Shown: positions 52,079-60,823 of the stretch, piece by piece
How positions within the stretch are numbered: position 1 is the first letter of the stretch
Layout of the letters: each line of letters begins with the position of its first letter
Assembly: GCA_021298155.1 (NCBI GenBank)
Contig: JAJTEN010000002.1
Span: 10,580-74,579, forward strand
From: Sphingobacteriales bacterium
GTDB lineage: Bacteria; Bacteroidota; Bacteroidia; UKL13-3
Direction: 5' to 3'
Length of the DNA stretch: 64,000 nucleotides
Made by a program: the position numbers and the translations under genes
The notes under the pieces: model-generated
Seen by the model: only the letters and a program-made list of their open reading frames with translations
Told to the model about the DNA's origin: nothing
Database searches by the model: none

Positions 52079-53080
52079 ATGCGCTCTTTAAAGATATTTT
52101 TGCTCATTGTTCTTGGCGTTGCAATGGCTATCGTATTACTCTTTAATCGCCAATTTAACTCCAAAAATATAGAAGAAAAATCTGGTAGAACTGAAACAAT
52201 AACGTCTAATACATTATGGCAGGCGCCTGTTGAATCTCTATTACACAAGGAGCCTAATGCTGAAGAAATTTTATATGGTAAAGAGCTTATCAAAAACACC
52301 TCCTTATATCTAGGTAAAAAGGGAAGTGTTAAAGCCATTAGCAATGGCATGAATTGTCAAAATTGCCATTTAGAGGCAGGAACTAAAGCCTGGGGCAATA
52401 ATTATGCAGCAGTTTATAGTACTTATCCAAAATTTAGAGAACGCTCTGGCGCCATAGAAACAATCTCTAAAAGAGTAAACGACTGCATTGAACGCAGCCT
52501 AAATGGTGAAGCCTTAGATACAAACAGCAAGGAAATGCTGGCCATAATAAGTTATATCAAATGGCTCGGCTCAGGACTAAAAAAGGGTGAAAAGCCCAAT
52601 GGAAGTGGTATTATAGAATTACCCTTTTTAGACCGGGAAGCCAGCCCCAAAAAAGGAAAAATTGTGTACGAATCTAAATGCCAAAGTTGTCACCAACCCA
52701 ATGGCGAAGGCATACTCAATTCCGACCAAAAGAGTTATACATTTCCACCTTTATGGGGCGCTCATAGTTATAATTCTGGTGCTGGATTATATAGGTTATC
52801 TAGGTTTGCTGGATATGTAAAAGCAAATATGCCTTTAGGTGCAAGTTATAGCGCGCCTCTACTAACAGATGAAGAAGCTTGGGATGTAGCCGCATTTGTT
52901 AATACACAGAAAAGACCGAGCAAAAATATAAATAAAGACTGGCCAAATCTTGCTGGCAAGCCAATTGATCACCCTTTCGGACCTTTTACAGATGGTTTCT
53001 CAGAAAAACAACACAAGCTTGGTCCGTTTGAACCCATTAAAATCAAAAGAGCTGAAATGAAAAAAAATAAAACAACGTGA
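52079..53080 (+). CDS. tsdA: Diheme c-type cytochrome, thiosulfate dehydrogenase/tetrathionate reductase TsdA
   Basis: CQNCH and CQSCH; catalytic Cys in RVNDCIERSLNG; FPPLWG.HSYNSGAG; ANMP. Confidence 0.85.
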   Translation: MRSLKIFLLIVLGVAMAIVLLFNRQFNSKNIEEKSGRTETITSNTLWQAPVESLLHKEPNAEEILYGKELIKNTSLYLGKKGSVKAISNGMNCQNCHLEAGTKAWGNNYAAVYSTYPKFRERSGAIETISKRVNDCIERSLNGEALDTNSKEMLAIISYIKWLGSGLKKGEKPNGSGIIELPFLDREASPKKGKIVYESKCQSCHQPNGEGILNSDQKSYTFPPLWGAHSYNSGAGLYRLSRFAGYVKANMPLGASYSAPLLTDEEAWDVAAFVNTQKRPSKNINKDWPNLAGKPIDHPFGPFTDGFSEKQHKLGPFEPIKIKRAEMKKNKTT

Positions 53081-54495
53081 AAAATCTATTAATTCTCATT
53101 TCATTTTTATTAATTGGTTTCTCTAAATTAAAAGCCCAAGTTGCCCAACCATATATTCATCATACAGAGCGCGATAAGAATAAAAAAGATACAAATACAC
53201 TGCAAGCATTCTTTAGAAATGGAGAGTTTTACGGACATGCCAGATACTACTTTATGGCAACAGATAACGACCATGATTTAAAGGATTTTTATGCCAATGC
53301 TTTTGGAATGGGAATTGGATACGAAACTGGAAAATTTAAAGGTTTTCAAATTGGCATAAGTGGTTTTTTTATTTATAATCTATTTTCATCAGATTTCAGT
53401 ATAACAGACGCAAAAACAGGAGTAGGTAGTCGATACGAACTTGGGCAATTTGATATGACAAATCCGCGAAATAAAACGGATATGGACAGATTGGAAGATT
53501 TGTATTTGAAATATTCCTCCAACAACTCATATCTTAAATTTGGGAAACAACATATTAGAAGTCCTTTTATAAACCCTCAAGATGGACGCATGCGACCAAC
53601 TTTAATAGAAGGTGCACTTTTTGAATGTAATGAAGTGAAAAACTTAAAACTAGAGGGCGGATGGATTTTTGGAATATCACCGCGCAGCACGGTGAGTTAT
53701 TTTGGCATTGGCGAGTCTATGTCAATTTTCCCACCAGGGATAGGGTTAGATGGTAAGAAATCTCAATATCCAGGAAATATAAGCAGTAATGCGATTTATT
53801 TAGGCAGTGCAACCTTTCAACTTCCAATCAACGCCAAATTACAACTATTAAATCAACACATTGATCAAGTTTTAAATAGCTCTTTTGCCCAATTAAATGG
53901 AGATTTTAAATGGAAAAAAAATAAAAATATCTTTTATGGCGCCCAATATATTCAGCAACATGCGATTGGAAATGGGGGCAATGTTAACCAAAACCTAAGT
54001 TATGTTAGAAAAGGAAATGTAGCTCGAACCTTTGGTTTTAGGTTAGGCATAGAAGAAAAAAAGAACTGGCAAATACTGCTAAATTATAATCGCATTACGA
54101 AAGATGGAAGGTATCTCATGCCACGCGAATGGGGGAGAGATCCTTTCTTTACCTTTATGGCCAGAGAGCGGAATGAGGGGTATGCAGATGTACATGCAAT
54201 AAATGTTGTAGCAAATAAAATTTTAGGCTCAAGTGGTTTTAAAATTGAAGCTGCTTATGGGCACTTTTATCTCCCAGATATAAACAATGTTGCATTAAAC
54301 AAATATGCTATGCCATCCTATTTTCAAGGGAATGTAGATTTACGATATACCTTCAGAGGATTCTATAGTGGTTTAGAAGCCCAATTTTTATATGTTTATA
54401 AAGGTCAATTAGGCAATGTATACGAAAATGATAAAAATGTTATTAATAAAGTAAATATGTCTTTGTACAACTTTATATTGAATTACCATTTTTAA
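53077..54495 (+). CDS. OprD-like outer-membrane porin
   Basis: Signal peptide, PFINPQDGRMRP, terminal ILNYHF; 4-bp overlap with tsdA. Confidence 0.75.
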   Translation: MKNLLILISFLLIGFSKLKAQVAQPYIHHTERDKNKKDTNTLQAFFRNGEFYGHARYYFMATDNDHDLKDFYANAFGMGIGYETGKFKGFQIGISGFFIYNLFSSDFSITDAKTGVGSRYELGQFDMTNPRNKTDMDRLEDLYLKYSSNNSYLKFGKQHIRSPFINPQDGRMRPTLIEGALFECNEVKNLKLEGGWIFGISPRSTVSYFGIGESMSIFPPGIGLDGKKSQYPGNISSNAIYLGSATFQLPINAKLQLLNQHIDQVLNSSFAQLNGDFKWKKNKNIFYGAQYIQQHAIGNGGNVNQNLSYVRKGNVARTFGFRLGIEEKKNWQILLNYNRITKDGRYLMPREWGRDPFFTFMARERNEGYADVHAINVVANKILGSSGFKIEAAYGHFYLPDINNVALNKYAMPSYFQGNVDLRYTFRGFYSGLEAQFLYVYKGQLGNVYENDKNVINKVNMSLYNFILNYHF

Positions 54496-54513
54496 TGGCT
54501 AAAATTACAGATT

Positions 54514-56226
54514 ATGAATAAGGATAATAAATCGACCGAAAAAAGTAGAAGAACTTTTTTAAAAAAATTAGGGATCCTAGGCGCAGGTAGCAGCCTTTTA
54601 GCTGGCTCAGGAGAATTGGCTCAAGCTAAAACGCCACATTCATTTGAAAGCAATAAGACTAAAAATAATACGCCACAGACGGTTTCTATCATACAGTCTA
54701 CCGATGTTCATTGTCAAGTGCATCCTCATGACGAATTATTCTGGGAAAATGATAAGGCAGTTTTCAGAAAAACTGGAGGATATGCACAATTAGCAAGCTA
54801 TATTAAGAATCAGAGAAAAAAGAACCCAAATACCTTTTTTATAGATACAGGCGATATGTTTCAAGGGAGTGAGCTTTCAGTTAAAACTACAGGAAAAGCA
54901 ATAGTACCAATATTAAATGAACTTACTTATGACCTTTACCTTCCTGGGAATTGGGAAGTGATTTATTACAAGAAAGCAATGCAAACATTATTAGGCTCAC
55001 TAAATGCACCTAAAGTTTGCGCTAATATGTATCACGATTTAGGCGATGGTAAAAAGGGTGAACTTATCTTTCATCCCTATCATATTTGGCATGTAGCTGG
55101 CATTAAAATTGGTTTCCTTGGGTACACAGACCCTTTAGTTCCTTTAAGGCAATCACCTAATTACAGTAAAGGAATTATCTATACCAAACCAGAGGAAAAT
55201 ATAGAACATTATGTAGATGTATTGCGCAATGACGAAAAATGTGCATTTGTTATAGTACTATCACACCTAGGTTTATCGCAACAAATTGCTTTAGCTAATT
55301 CGCCAGAATGCAATGGTGTAGACTTTATATTGGGTGGTGATACCCACGAAAGAGTGCGCGTACCCATAGAATGTAAATACGCTAAAGTAGTTGAACCTGG
55401 TGCTTTTGGCTCATTCGTAGGCAGACTAGACTTAACCGTAAACAATGGTAAAATTACTGAAGTTAATTATCACTTAGATGAAATTGATGCATCCAAAATA
55501 AAAGCTGATAAGGAAATGCTTGCTTTAATTGCCGAAAACGAAAAGCCATTTGCAGATGATATATATAAAGTTATTGGATATAGCACTGTGCCATTATATC
55601 GCTATTTTGTAGTTGAAAATACAATAGATACACTTGTACTAGATGCATTAAAATGGCAAATGAAAGATATTGATATTGTACTTAGCAACGGATTCAGATT
55701 TTGCCCACCTAGAACTACTCCAGACCAAAGTGGAAATATTCCTATTACCAATGGTTACCTTTTTGATATGTTACCTGTAGATAGTACAGTTAGAATTGGA
55801 AAAGTAAGCGGAAAACAAATACATGATTGGCTAGAAAAAGAATTAAACAATGTTTTTGCCAAAGATGCCTCTAAACGTTTTGGTGGTTGGGTCATTAAAT
55901 TCAAAGGTATGAAAATTACTTTTAAAGCATATGAAGAAATGGGTAAACGGATTCAAAGTGTTGAAGTAGCAGGAAAGGCGCTAGAGTTAGATAGACAGTA
56001 TAGCATTTGTGCTTGCGAACGCGATGGAGATCCTTCAGACATGCTTTGCAGAATGCGCAATGTAAATGAAGCCAAAAATACGGAACATACGCTGCATTCT
56101 GTGATGCTAAATTATTTAAAATCTAACTCACCTGTTAGTCCAATTTTACCTAATGCAGCAATCATTTTAGATGCACCACAAACTTTATTAACTCAAGTTT
56201 ATGGTGTTAACTATGAATTTAAGTGA
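54514..56226 (+). CDS. Tat-exported SoxB-like thiosulfohydrolase (5'-nucleotidase superfamily)
   Basis: SRRTFLKK Tat motif; TDVH, DTGD..QGS, GNWE, LSHLG, GGDTHE, GSFVGRLDL, SNGFRF. Confidence 0.78.
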   Translation: MNKDNKSTEKSRRTFLKKLGILGAGSSLLAGSGELAQAKTPHSFESNKTKNNTPQTVSIIQSTDVHCQVHPHDELFWENDKAVFRKTGGYAQLASYIKNQRKKNPNTFFIDTGDMFQGSELSVKTTGKAIVPILNELTYDLYLPGNWEVIYYKKAMQTLLGSLNAPKVCANMYHDLGDGKKGELIFHPYHIWHVAGIKIGFLGYTDPLVPLRQSPNYSKGIIYTKPEENIEHYVDVLRNDEKCAFVIVLSHLGLSQQIALANSPECNGVDFILGGDTHERVRVPIECKYAKVVEPGAFGSFVGRLDLTVNNGKITEVNYHLDEIDASKIKADKEMLALIAENEKPFADDIYKVIGYSTVPLYRYFVVENTIDTLVLDALKWQMKDIDIVLSNGFRFCPPRTTPDQSGNIPITNGYLFDMLPVDSTVRIGKVSGKQIHDWLEKELNNVFAKDASKRFGGWVIKFKGMKITFKAYEEMGKRIQSVEVAGKALELDRQYSICACERDGDPSDMLCRMRNVNEAKNTEHTLHSVMLNYLKSNSPVSPILPNAAIILDAPQTLLTQVYGVNYEFK

Positions 56227-56248
56227 AAAAGAGGTTTCTCCATACAGT

Positions 56249-56278
56249 AAAACCCGCTCTAGACAGAGCGGGTTTTTT
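56249..56278 (+). terminator. Rho-independent terminator ending the sulfur operon
   Basis: AAAACCCGCTCT-agac-AGAGCGGGTTTTTT. Confidence 0.9.
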
Positions 56279-56335
56279 GTTTAGGTGAAGTTTAATAATA
56301 TTGCACAACTCAAAGGAAAATTAACTTAACTCATT

Positions 56336-56983
56336 ATGAAAACTAAACCCTCAAAATCGTACGATAAACTCATTGAAAATAATAAAGAATGGGCCGCTTC
56401 AGTAGTTAAAGACGATCCTGAATTTTTTTCTCGCTTGTCTAATGTACAAAAACCCGAATTTTTATGGATTGGTTGCAGCGATAGCAGAGTTCCGGCAGAT
56501 AGAATTACGGGAACCCAACCTGGAGAAATTTTTGTTCATAGAAATATTGCCAATATGGTTATTCATACCGACATGAATTTACTTGCGGTATTAGAATATG
56601 CCGTTGATCACTTAGAAGTAAGTCATATTCTGGTTTGCGGCCATTATGGTTGCGGAGGTGTTAAGGCTGCCATGTCGCGCCACAACTTTGATTTAATTAA
56701 TAAATGGATCAGAAATATCAAAGATGTATACAGAATGCACAGAGAAACCATAGATTTTCAAACTAAACCTGAGGAGAGGCTGAATAAATTAATTGAACTT
56801 AATGTAGAGGAACAGGTGATGAACCTTGCCAAAACAAGTATCATTCAAAAGTCTTGGAAAAATAAAAAAAGCCCCGAAATACATGGTTGGGTTTATAGTT
56901 TAGAAGACGGACTAATTAAAGAAGTTTGCCGAATGACCTATCAAGATCATTTAGATCCATTATATGAATTTGATGATTTATAG
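56336..56983 (+). CDS. can: Beta-class carbonic anhydrase
   Basis: WIGCSDSRV, GEIFVHRNIAN, CGHYGCGG. Confidence 0.92.
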   Translation: MKTKPSKSYDKLIENNKEWAASVVKDDPEFFSRLSNVQKPEFLWIGCSDSRVPADRITGTQPGEIFVHRNIANMVIHTDMNLLAVLEYAVDHLEVSHILVCGHYGCGGVKAAMSRHNFDLINKWIRNIKDVYRMHRETIDFQTKPEERLNKLIELNVEEQVMNLAKTSIIQKSWKNKKSPEIHGWVYSLEDGLIKEVCRMTYQDHLDPLYEFDDL

Positions 56984-57013
56984 TTAACAAAAAATCATTT
57001 TATTTGCTAAGCT

Positions 57014-57628
57014 ATGGTATACGAAAAATTATATGCATTAATTGGCAACTTTAATGCAAATCTTATGGCAGATGAGCGAAAAGAAACGCTTCAACCTCTC
57101 ATACAATATATTCAAGAAAAACAAAATAAGGGAGCACCAACGAATTTAAATTTTATTTGCACACACAATTCTCGAAGAAGTCATTTGTCTCAAATATGGG
57201 CGCAAACCATGGCATATCATTTTGGTATAAAAAATATATATTGTTATTCTGGCGGAACCGAAGCTACTGCAATGTTTCCAAAAGTTGTAGAAACCTTGTC
57301 TGGTCAGGGATTTCAAGTGCATATGCTCTCTGAATCAGAAAACCCCATATATGCGGTAAAGTTTGCACAAAACGAACAGCCAATTATTTGCTTTTCTAAA
57401 GTATATCAACACGATTTTAATCCTAAAAATAATTTTGGTGCGGTGGTAACCTGCAATAACGCTGATGAAGCTTGCCCAATGGTTTTAGGTGCAGAAGCAA
57501 GGTTTCCTGTGAAATACAGCGACCCAAAAGCATTTGATAATACGCCACAACAAACAGAAAAATACTTGGAACGAAGCTTAGAAATTGCGCAAGAAATGTG
57601 GTGGTTATTTTCGCATATTAACCATTAG
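57014..57628 (+). CDS. LMW-PTP/arsenate reductase (ArsC-like) family protein
   Basis: FICTHNSRRS P-loop, ADEACP, DPK. Confidence 0.88.
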   Translation: MVYEKLYALIGNFNANLMADERKETLQPLIQYIQEKQNKGAPTNLNFICTHNSRRSHLSQIWAQTMAYHFGIKNIYCYSGGTEATAMFPKVVETLSGQGFQVHMLSESENPIYAVKFAQNEQPIICFSKVYQHDFNPKNNFGAVVTCNNADEACPMVLGAEARFPVKYSDPKAFDNTPQQTEKYLERSLEIAQEMWWLFSHINH

Positions 57629-57678
57629 TTATTTTAACTGCAGCTTAAGCTGTTTTTTTATTTTTATATCGTCTACGG

Positions 57679-60483
57679 TTAACTTTTAGGCGATGCTTTA
57701 AACTTCCTAATATTATAGGTAAAGGTTAACATATAATATCTGTTTAATACATTGGAGCGGGTATCTTCAATATAGGTCTCCGTTACCGTTCTATTGATAT
57801 TATTGTTTTGGTTCAGTAAATCGAATACAGACAATTTTACCTCTGCCATACGCTTCATAAACTTATAGGCTATGCCTGCATTCCACAAGAAAAAGTTTTG
57901 GTTAAAATCGCTTCCTAAACCAGAAAAATTAGTATAGTTGATATCCGATTGAATTACCCAAGATGAAGTAGGCATCACATTCAATTTTACATTACTGGTA
58001 TTAATAAAGAAATTACTGTTTTGGGCAGACAAAACGGTGTTTTCTACAAAGTTAATATTGCTGGTATGACTAATCGTAAAATCTACCTGCTCACTTATAT
58101 TACTGCCTATCACAATGCCTGTATTAATATTAAATGTATTGGCAAAGTTTTGCAATTGATTTACCAAACCAGGAACCTTACTGTAATTCACACCTAGGTT
58201 CATGTTAACATTGCTTTTTAAGGCCTTAACTGGAATACCATAGGTAATAAAGCTACGCGCATTTACATTGCCATTTAAGTTAACAGGGCGGGCAATTTGA
58301 GAGCCTCTGCTCAATAACATACCATTGTCTAATACAGAATCTCGGGTAGCGGTAAATGTACTATTGGCAATATAATCATCTGTAAAAGTAACCATAGCAA
58401 AAACAAAAAAGCTTTGAGAGTTATGCCAATTATTACTTCCGTATCTGCTTAGTAAGGTCTGAGAAAACTCTTGCCTCAAATTTGGATTACCCGCAGATAA
58501 CATAACCGGGTTAGTATTGTCTATTACATTTTGTAATTGAGTTACGCCCGGATTATTGGTATTGGTTCGATAAAAAAATCTAAATGTATTGGCATTACTA
58601 AAATTGTAAGTGAAATTAAGATTTGGCAAAAGATTTTGAAAACTCTTTTCAAAAGTTCTATTTTCTGGAAAGGTTTGTAAACTAGCAATCGTTAAGAATT
58701 GTTGAGTTACACCCGCACTAAACTTCCACTTATTTTTGTTTATATTAATGCTTACATTAGCCCTGTGCGTGGTAATCGTATTATCAAAATTATTACTCAA
58801 TAAGGTATCTATTCTACTATACGCTCCATTGGCGGTATCAAATCTATTGGTGGCGCGCTCTGCCAAGTTGTGATTGAGAATTGGATTATAACTCAATTGT
58901 AACTGCGTGCTATCTGTAAGGTTCTCTGTATAGGTAAGATTTGCATTGTAATTATTGCTATTACTATTACTTAAACTCTGCTGCCTTAGCAGGGTATTAA
59001 CGTAACTTCCAGTTTTAACTAATGCCGTAATATCTGAAATCTGTTTGGTATCATTATTCCTTCTGTTTAAATCATGAATTAGGTTTAAACTTATTGTTCT
59101 TCCTGGCTTTTCAAACTTATATCTATACAATACATTATTATTTACATTAAACCCTGTATTAATAGGTTTCTTATAGGTAGAGTTACTATTTAAAAGGGTA
59201 TCATTTACTGTATTTAATGCCAATTGGTTACTCGTATTTTCATTGCTTTGAAAACTAAATTTTGGCGTGTAAATAATAGCATGTGAAGAATCAAAAGTAT
59301 GTTCTAATCTTAGGTTAAACCTATTGTTGTAATTATTAGTCTCACTTCCTGTGCTATCCACATAAAACTGTTTTGTTTCTTGGTCTATTAAATACGTTCT
59401 ATTCGATAGCTGATTAGTAATAGTACTGCTATTGTTAAAAAAATAACTACCACTCACATTGGTTTTAATTCCCCATTTATCAGAATAATTTAATCCAATA
59501 GACTGGGTAGTACTTACCCCATTTTGCTGCCCCACCATAAAATCACTCATGGGTCCACCCATGCCACCACCACCTCTTGGTCCACCTCTACCACCCATTG
59601 GCATTCTTCCGGCACTACCCGAACCACCAAATAAATCCTGCATCGAAAAATTTTGTTGATTTACATTATTCGATAAACCCAATACAGTAATTCTTCTATC
59701 ACCCTTAAAAAAATTCATATTACCACCTGCTTGGTACCTATCATTGGTTCCATAGCCTGCATACAACTTACCAAAAGTTCCGTTATTTCTACCCGATTTA
59801 GTTGTAATATTCATGGTTTTATCTGTATTCCCATCATTAAAACCAGTAAACTGAGCCTGATCGCTTGCCCTATTAAAAATCTGCACCTTATCAATTATTT
59901 CGGCCGGTAAATTTTTGAGCGCCATATTGGCATCGTCGCCAAAAAACTCTTTGCCATCTACCAATATTTTCTTTACATCTTCCCCTTGTGCTTTTACTGT
60001 TCCATTTTCAATGGTAATTCCTGGCATTTTTTTCACTAAATCTTCTGCCGTGGCATCTTGGTTTACCTTATAGGCAGCCGCATTAATACTGGTAGTATCC
60101 CCTTTTTGCTCTACCCTAATTTGCGTGGCTTCAATCTTTAATTCTTCTAAGGCATTGGTGTTTTTCTCTAATACCACCGCACCCATATATCGGTCTGAAC
60201 CAACTATCACCTGCTGGGTTTTTGTTTTAAGTCCAACATAGCTAAAACTTATCTGATAGGTATCTGCGGGAAGCCTCTTTACTTGGAAAAAACCTTTTTC
60301 ATCACTGGCCGAACCAGCTAGTATTTTTCCATCTTTTTTAACAGCTATACTAGCCCCAATAATTGGTTGAAGATTCTCTTTCTCAAAAACTTTTCCTGAA
60401 AGGTCAAAAGTTTGGGCCGAACCCAAATAGGGTAGAAAAAGGAATAAGCCAATGGCAAAAGAAAATATCGTTTTCAAATTCAT
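57679..60483 (-). CDS. TonB-dependent receptor-like outer-membrane barrel with an N-terminal carboxypeptidase-regulatory-like domain
   Basis: KGDT..INAAAYK, EDLVKKMPG, VDGKEFFG, GNPNL, DLLNQ, RYYMLTFTYN. Confidence 0.85.
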   Translation of the reverse strand: MNLKTIFSFAIGLFLFLPYLGSAQTFDLSGKVFEKENLQPIIGASIAVKKDGKILAGSASDEKGFFQVKRLPADTYQISFSYVGLKTKTQQVIVGSDRYMGAVVLEKNTNALEELKIEATQIRVEQKGDTTSINAAAYKVNQDATAEDLVKKMPGITIENGTVKAQGEDVKKILVDGKEFFGDDANMALKNLPAEIIDKVQIFNRASDQAQFTGFNDGNTDKTMNITTKSGRNNGTFGKLYAGYGTNDRYQAGGNMNFFKGDRRITVLGLSNNVNQQNFSMQDLFGGSGSAGRMPMGGRGGPRGGGGMGGPMSDFMVGQQNGVSTTQSIGLNYSDKWGIKTNVSGSYFFNNSSTITNQLSNRTYLIDQETKQFYVDSTGSETNNYNNRFNLRLEHTFDSSHAIIYTPKFSFQSNENTSNQLALNTVNDTLLNSNSTYKKPINTGFNVNNNVLYRYKFEKPGRTISLNLIHDLNRRNNDTKQISDITALVKTGSYVNTLLRQQSLSNSNSNNYNANLTYTENLTDSTQLQLSYNPILNHNLAERATNRFDTANGAYSRIDTLLSNNFDNTITTHRANVSININKNKWKFSAGVTQQFLTIASLQTFPENRTFEKSFQNLLPNLNFTYNFSNANTFRFFYRTNTNNPGVTQLQNVIDNTNPVMLSAGNPNLRQEFSQTLLSRYGSNNWHNSQSFFVFAMVTFTDDYIANSTFTATRDSVLDNGMLLSRGSQIARPVNLNGNVNARSFITYGIPVKALKSNVNMNLGVNYSKVPGLVNQLQNFANTFNINTGIVIGSNISEQVDFTISHTSNINFVENTVLSAQNSNFFINTSNVKLNVMPTSSWVIQSDINYTNFSGLGSDFNQNFFLWNAGIAYKFMKRMAEVKLSVFDLLNQNNNINRTVTETYIEDTRSNVLNRYYMLTFTYNIRKFKASPKS

Positions 60484-60594
60484 GTAAATAAATAGCGTTC
60501 AAAGGTGCAATTTGTTTCGATGATTTCTATACAAAAAGGTTTAAGGATGAAATTTGACCTTGCATTTCAAAAAACTTCTTTAAGTTTGCAATGT

Positions 60595-60685
60595 CTTTAG
60601 GGGTGCCTACTTTGTAAAAACAAAGAAAGCTGAGATCAAACCCTCGGAACCTGAACAGGATAATGCCTGCGAAGGAAAAAGAAAG
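60595..60685 (+). ncRNA. TPP (thiamine pyrophosphate) riboswitch
   Basis: GGGGTGC...GCTGAGA...AACCC...AACCTGA.CAGG.TAATGCCTGCG.AGG; TAAGTTTG -7 box at 60581-60588. Confidence 0.95.
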
Positions 60686-60823
60686 CTACTTTAGCTAAAC
60701 AGCGCTGTCACTTTACAAAGGGCTTTAGTAGCACATTTTTGGGTGTATGCCTTTCCGGGTAAAACAACATTGATCAACAAGCCACCTCTGCTTGTTGTTT
60801 TTGTTTAACATTATCCGAAAAAA

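Noticed and set aside
56336-57628. Carbonic anhydrase (as a COS hydrolase) and ArsC-like gene as part of the sulfur system
   Set aside because: Separated by a strong terminator, no TGTAAC site seen, and ordinary beta-CA motifs.
59555-59630. Low-complexity CCA/CCC-rich tract
   Set aside because: Encodes the Gly-rich loop (GGRGGPRGGGGMGG) usual in this barrel family.
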